Source: the human T2T-CHM13v2.0 reference genome, Homo sapiens | Reading direction: 5' to 3' (one strand) | Length of the DNA stretch: 64,000 nucleotides | Assembly (NCBI RefSeq): GCF_009914755.1 | Contig: NC_060943.1 | In this document: one piece after another, positions 62,244 through 64,000 of the stretch | Position numbering within the stretch: position 1 is the first letter of the stretch | Layout: every line of letters begins with the position of its first letter | Translations under genes and position numbers: made by a program | Notes under the pieces: model-generated | What the model saw: only the letters and a program-made list of their open reading frames with translations | Databases searched by the model: none | What the model was told of the DNA's origin: nothing

Positions 62244-64000
62244 ATGATTCTCAGAAACTGCTTTGTGATGTGTGCGTTCAACTCACAAAGTTTAACCTTT
62301 CTTTTCATAGAGCAGTTGGGAAACACTCTGTTTGTAAAGTCTGCATGTGGATATTCAGACATCCTTGAGGCTTTCGTTGGAAACGGGATTTCTTCATATT
62401 CTGCTAGAAAGAAGAATTCTCAGTAACTTCCTTGTGTTGTGTGTTTTCAACTCACAGAGTTGAACGATCCTTTACACAGAGCAGACTTGAAACACTCCTT
62501 TTGTGGAATTTGCAAGTGGAGATTTCAGCCGCTTTGAGGTCAATGGTAGAATAGGAAATATCTTCCTATAGAAACTAGACAGAATGATTCTCAGAAACTC
62601 CTTTGTGATGTGTGCGTTCAACTCACACAGTTTAACCTTTCTTTTCATAGAGCAGTTAGGAAACACTCTGTTTGTAAAGTCTGCAAGTGGATATTCAGAC
62701 CTCCTTGAGGCCTTCGTTGGAAACGGGATTTCTTCATATTATGCTAGACAGAAGAATTCTCAGTAACTTCCTTGTGTTGTGTGTATTCAACTCACAGAGT
62801 TGAACGATCCTTTACACAGAGGAGACTTGAAACACTCTTTTTGTGGAATTTGCAAGTGGAGATTTCAGCCGCTTTGAGTTCAATGGTAGAATAGGAAATA
62901 TCTTCCTATAGAAACTAGACAGAATGATTCTCAGAAACTCCTTTGTGATGTGTGCGTTCAACTCACAGAGTTTAACCTTTCTTTTCATAGAGCAGTTGGG
63001 AAACACTCTGTTTGTAAAGTCTGCAAGTGGATATTCAGACATCCTTGAGGCTTTCGTTGGAAACGGGATTTCTTCATATTCTGCTAGAAAGAAGAATTCT
63101 CAGTAACTTCCTTGTGTTGTGTGTATTCAACTCACAGAGTTGAACGATCCTTTACACAGAGCAGACTTGAAACACTCTTTTTGTGGAATTTGCAAGTGGA
63201 GATTTCAGCCGCTTTGAGTTCAATGGTAGAATAGGAAATATCTTCCTATAGAAACTAGACAGAATGATTCTCAGAAACTCCTTTGTGATGTGTGCGTTCA
63301 ACTCACAGAGTTCAACCTTTCTTTTCATAGAGCAGTTGGGAAACACTCTGTTTGTAATGTCTGCAAGTGGATATTCAGACTTCTTTGAGGCCTTCGTTGG
63401 AAGCGGGATTTCTTCATATTCTGCTAGACAGAAGAATTCTCAGTAACTTCCTTGTGTTGTGTGTATTCAACTCACAGAGTTGAACGATCCTTTACACAGA
63501 GCAGACTTGAAACACTCTTTTTGTGGAATTTGCAAGTGGAGATTTCAGCCGCTTTGAGGTCAATGGTAGAATAGGAAATATCTTCCTATAGAAACTAGAC
63601 AGAATGATTCTCAGAAACTCCTTTGTGATGTGTGCATTCAACTCACAGAGTTTAACCTTTCTTTTCATAGAGCAGTTAGGAAACACTCTGTTTGTAAAGT
63701 CTGCAAGTGGATATTCAGACATCCTTGAGGCTTTCGTTGGAAACGGGATTTCTTCATATTCTGCTAGAAAGAAGAATTCTCAGTAACTTCCTTGTGTTGT
63801 GTGTATTCAACTCACAGAGTTGAACGATCCTTTACACAGAGCAGACTTGAAACACTCTTTTTGTGGAATTTGCAAGTGGAGATTTCAGCCGCTTTGAGGT
63901 CAATGGTAGAATAGGAAATATCTTCCTATAGAAACTAGACAGAATGATTCTCAGAAACTCCTTTGTGATGTGTGCGTTCAACTCACAGAGTTTAACCTTT

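Larger units (their letters stand above)
1..64000 (+). repeat. Centromeric alpha-satellite array, 340-bp SF1 (J1/J2) dimer, D1Z7/D5Z2/D19Z3-like, ~188 head-to-tail copies
   Basis: 340-bp periodicity throughout (AATGATTCTCAGAAACT at 61, 401, 741...). Alphoid hallmarks are present (ATTCTCAGAAACT, TTCAACTCACAGAGTT, TTGAAACACTCTTTTTGTGGAATTTGCAAGTGG), with one EcoRI site and one CENP-B box per dimer. From the repeat ATG at 62 to that at 63604 the distance is 187x340 minus 38 bp, fully explained by 4 four-bp, 5 three-bp and 7 one-bp deletions, so no insertion is present. The family assignment is from recognition of the sequence, not from a database search. Confidence 0.97.

Noticed and set aside
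62-63786. Hundreds of 60-97 aa ORFs on both strands (MILRNSFVMCAF..., MFPNCSMKRK..., MSEYPLADF...)
   Set aside because: They recur every 340 bp as translations of the satellite unit, overlap on opposite strands, are freely broken by stops and frameshifts, and resemble no protein family I recognise. They were used only as haplotype barcodes.
1-64000. CRISPR-like array or diversity-generating cassette system
   Set aside because: There are no unique spacers, the units are near-identical over their full length, and there are no cas, reverse-transcriptase or recombinase genes.
1-64000. Embedded L1/Alu/ERV insertion, inversion or non-satellite island
   Set aside because: The dimer phase is continuous; total length is accounted for by 340-bp units minus 38 bp of small deletions, and orientation never changes.
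1-64000. Assignment to a specific chromosome or to the active kinetochore (CDR) site
   Set aside because: This dimer family is shared by chromosomes 1, 5 and 19, and kinetochore position is epigenetic. Mapping plus methylation or CENP-A data are needed.

Overview
The whole 64 kb window is one uninterrupted, single-orientation array of human-type centromeric alpha-satellite. It consists of about 188 copies of a 340-bp EcoRI dimer: a ~169-bp CENP-B-box (B-type) monomer plus a ~171-bp A-type monomer. The sequence matches the suprachromosomal family 1 (J1/J2) dimer typical of the D1Z7/D5Z2/D19Z3 (S1C1/5/19H1L) arrays; the chromosome cannot be fixed from sequence alone. I found no gene, RNA gene, transposon, CRISPR array or inversion, and all ORFs in the track are artefacts of the repeat. 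I did not find a new gene-encoded system. The informative signal lies in the SNV/indel pattern of the dimers: (1) nested tandem super-repeats of 680, 1020, 2040, 2716, 3400/3740, 4076/4080, 4759 and ~10.5-11.5 kb; (2) a haplotype-domain switch near 39-44 kb; (3) two regionally exclusive families of amplified, predicted non-binding CENP-B boxes; (4) a recurrent 4-bp deletion; (5) recombinant dimers; (6) variants that perfect short inverted repeats. All counts and offsets were read by eye with help from the ORF track and should be confirmed by alignment.
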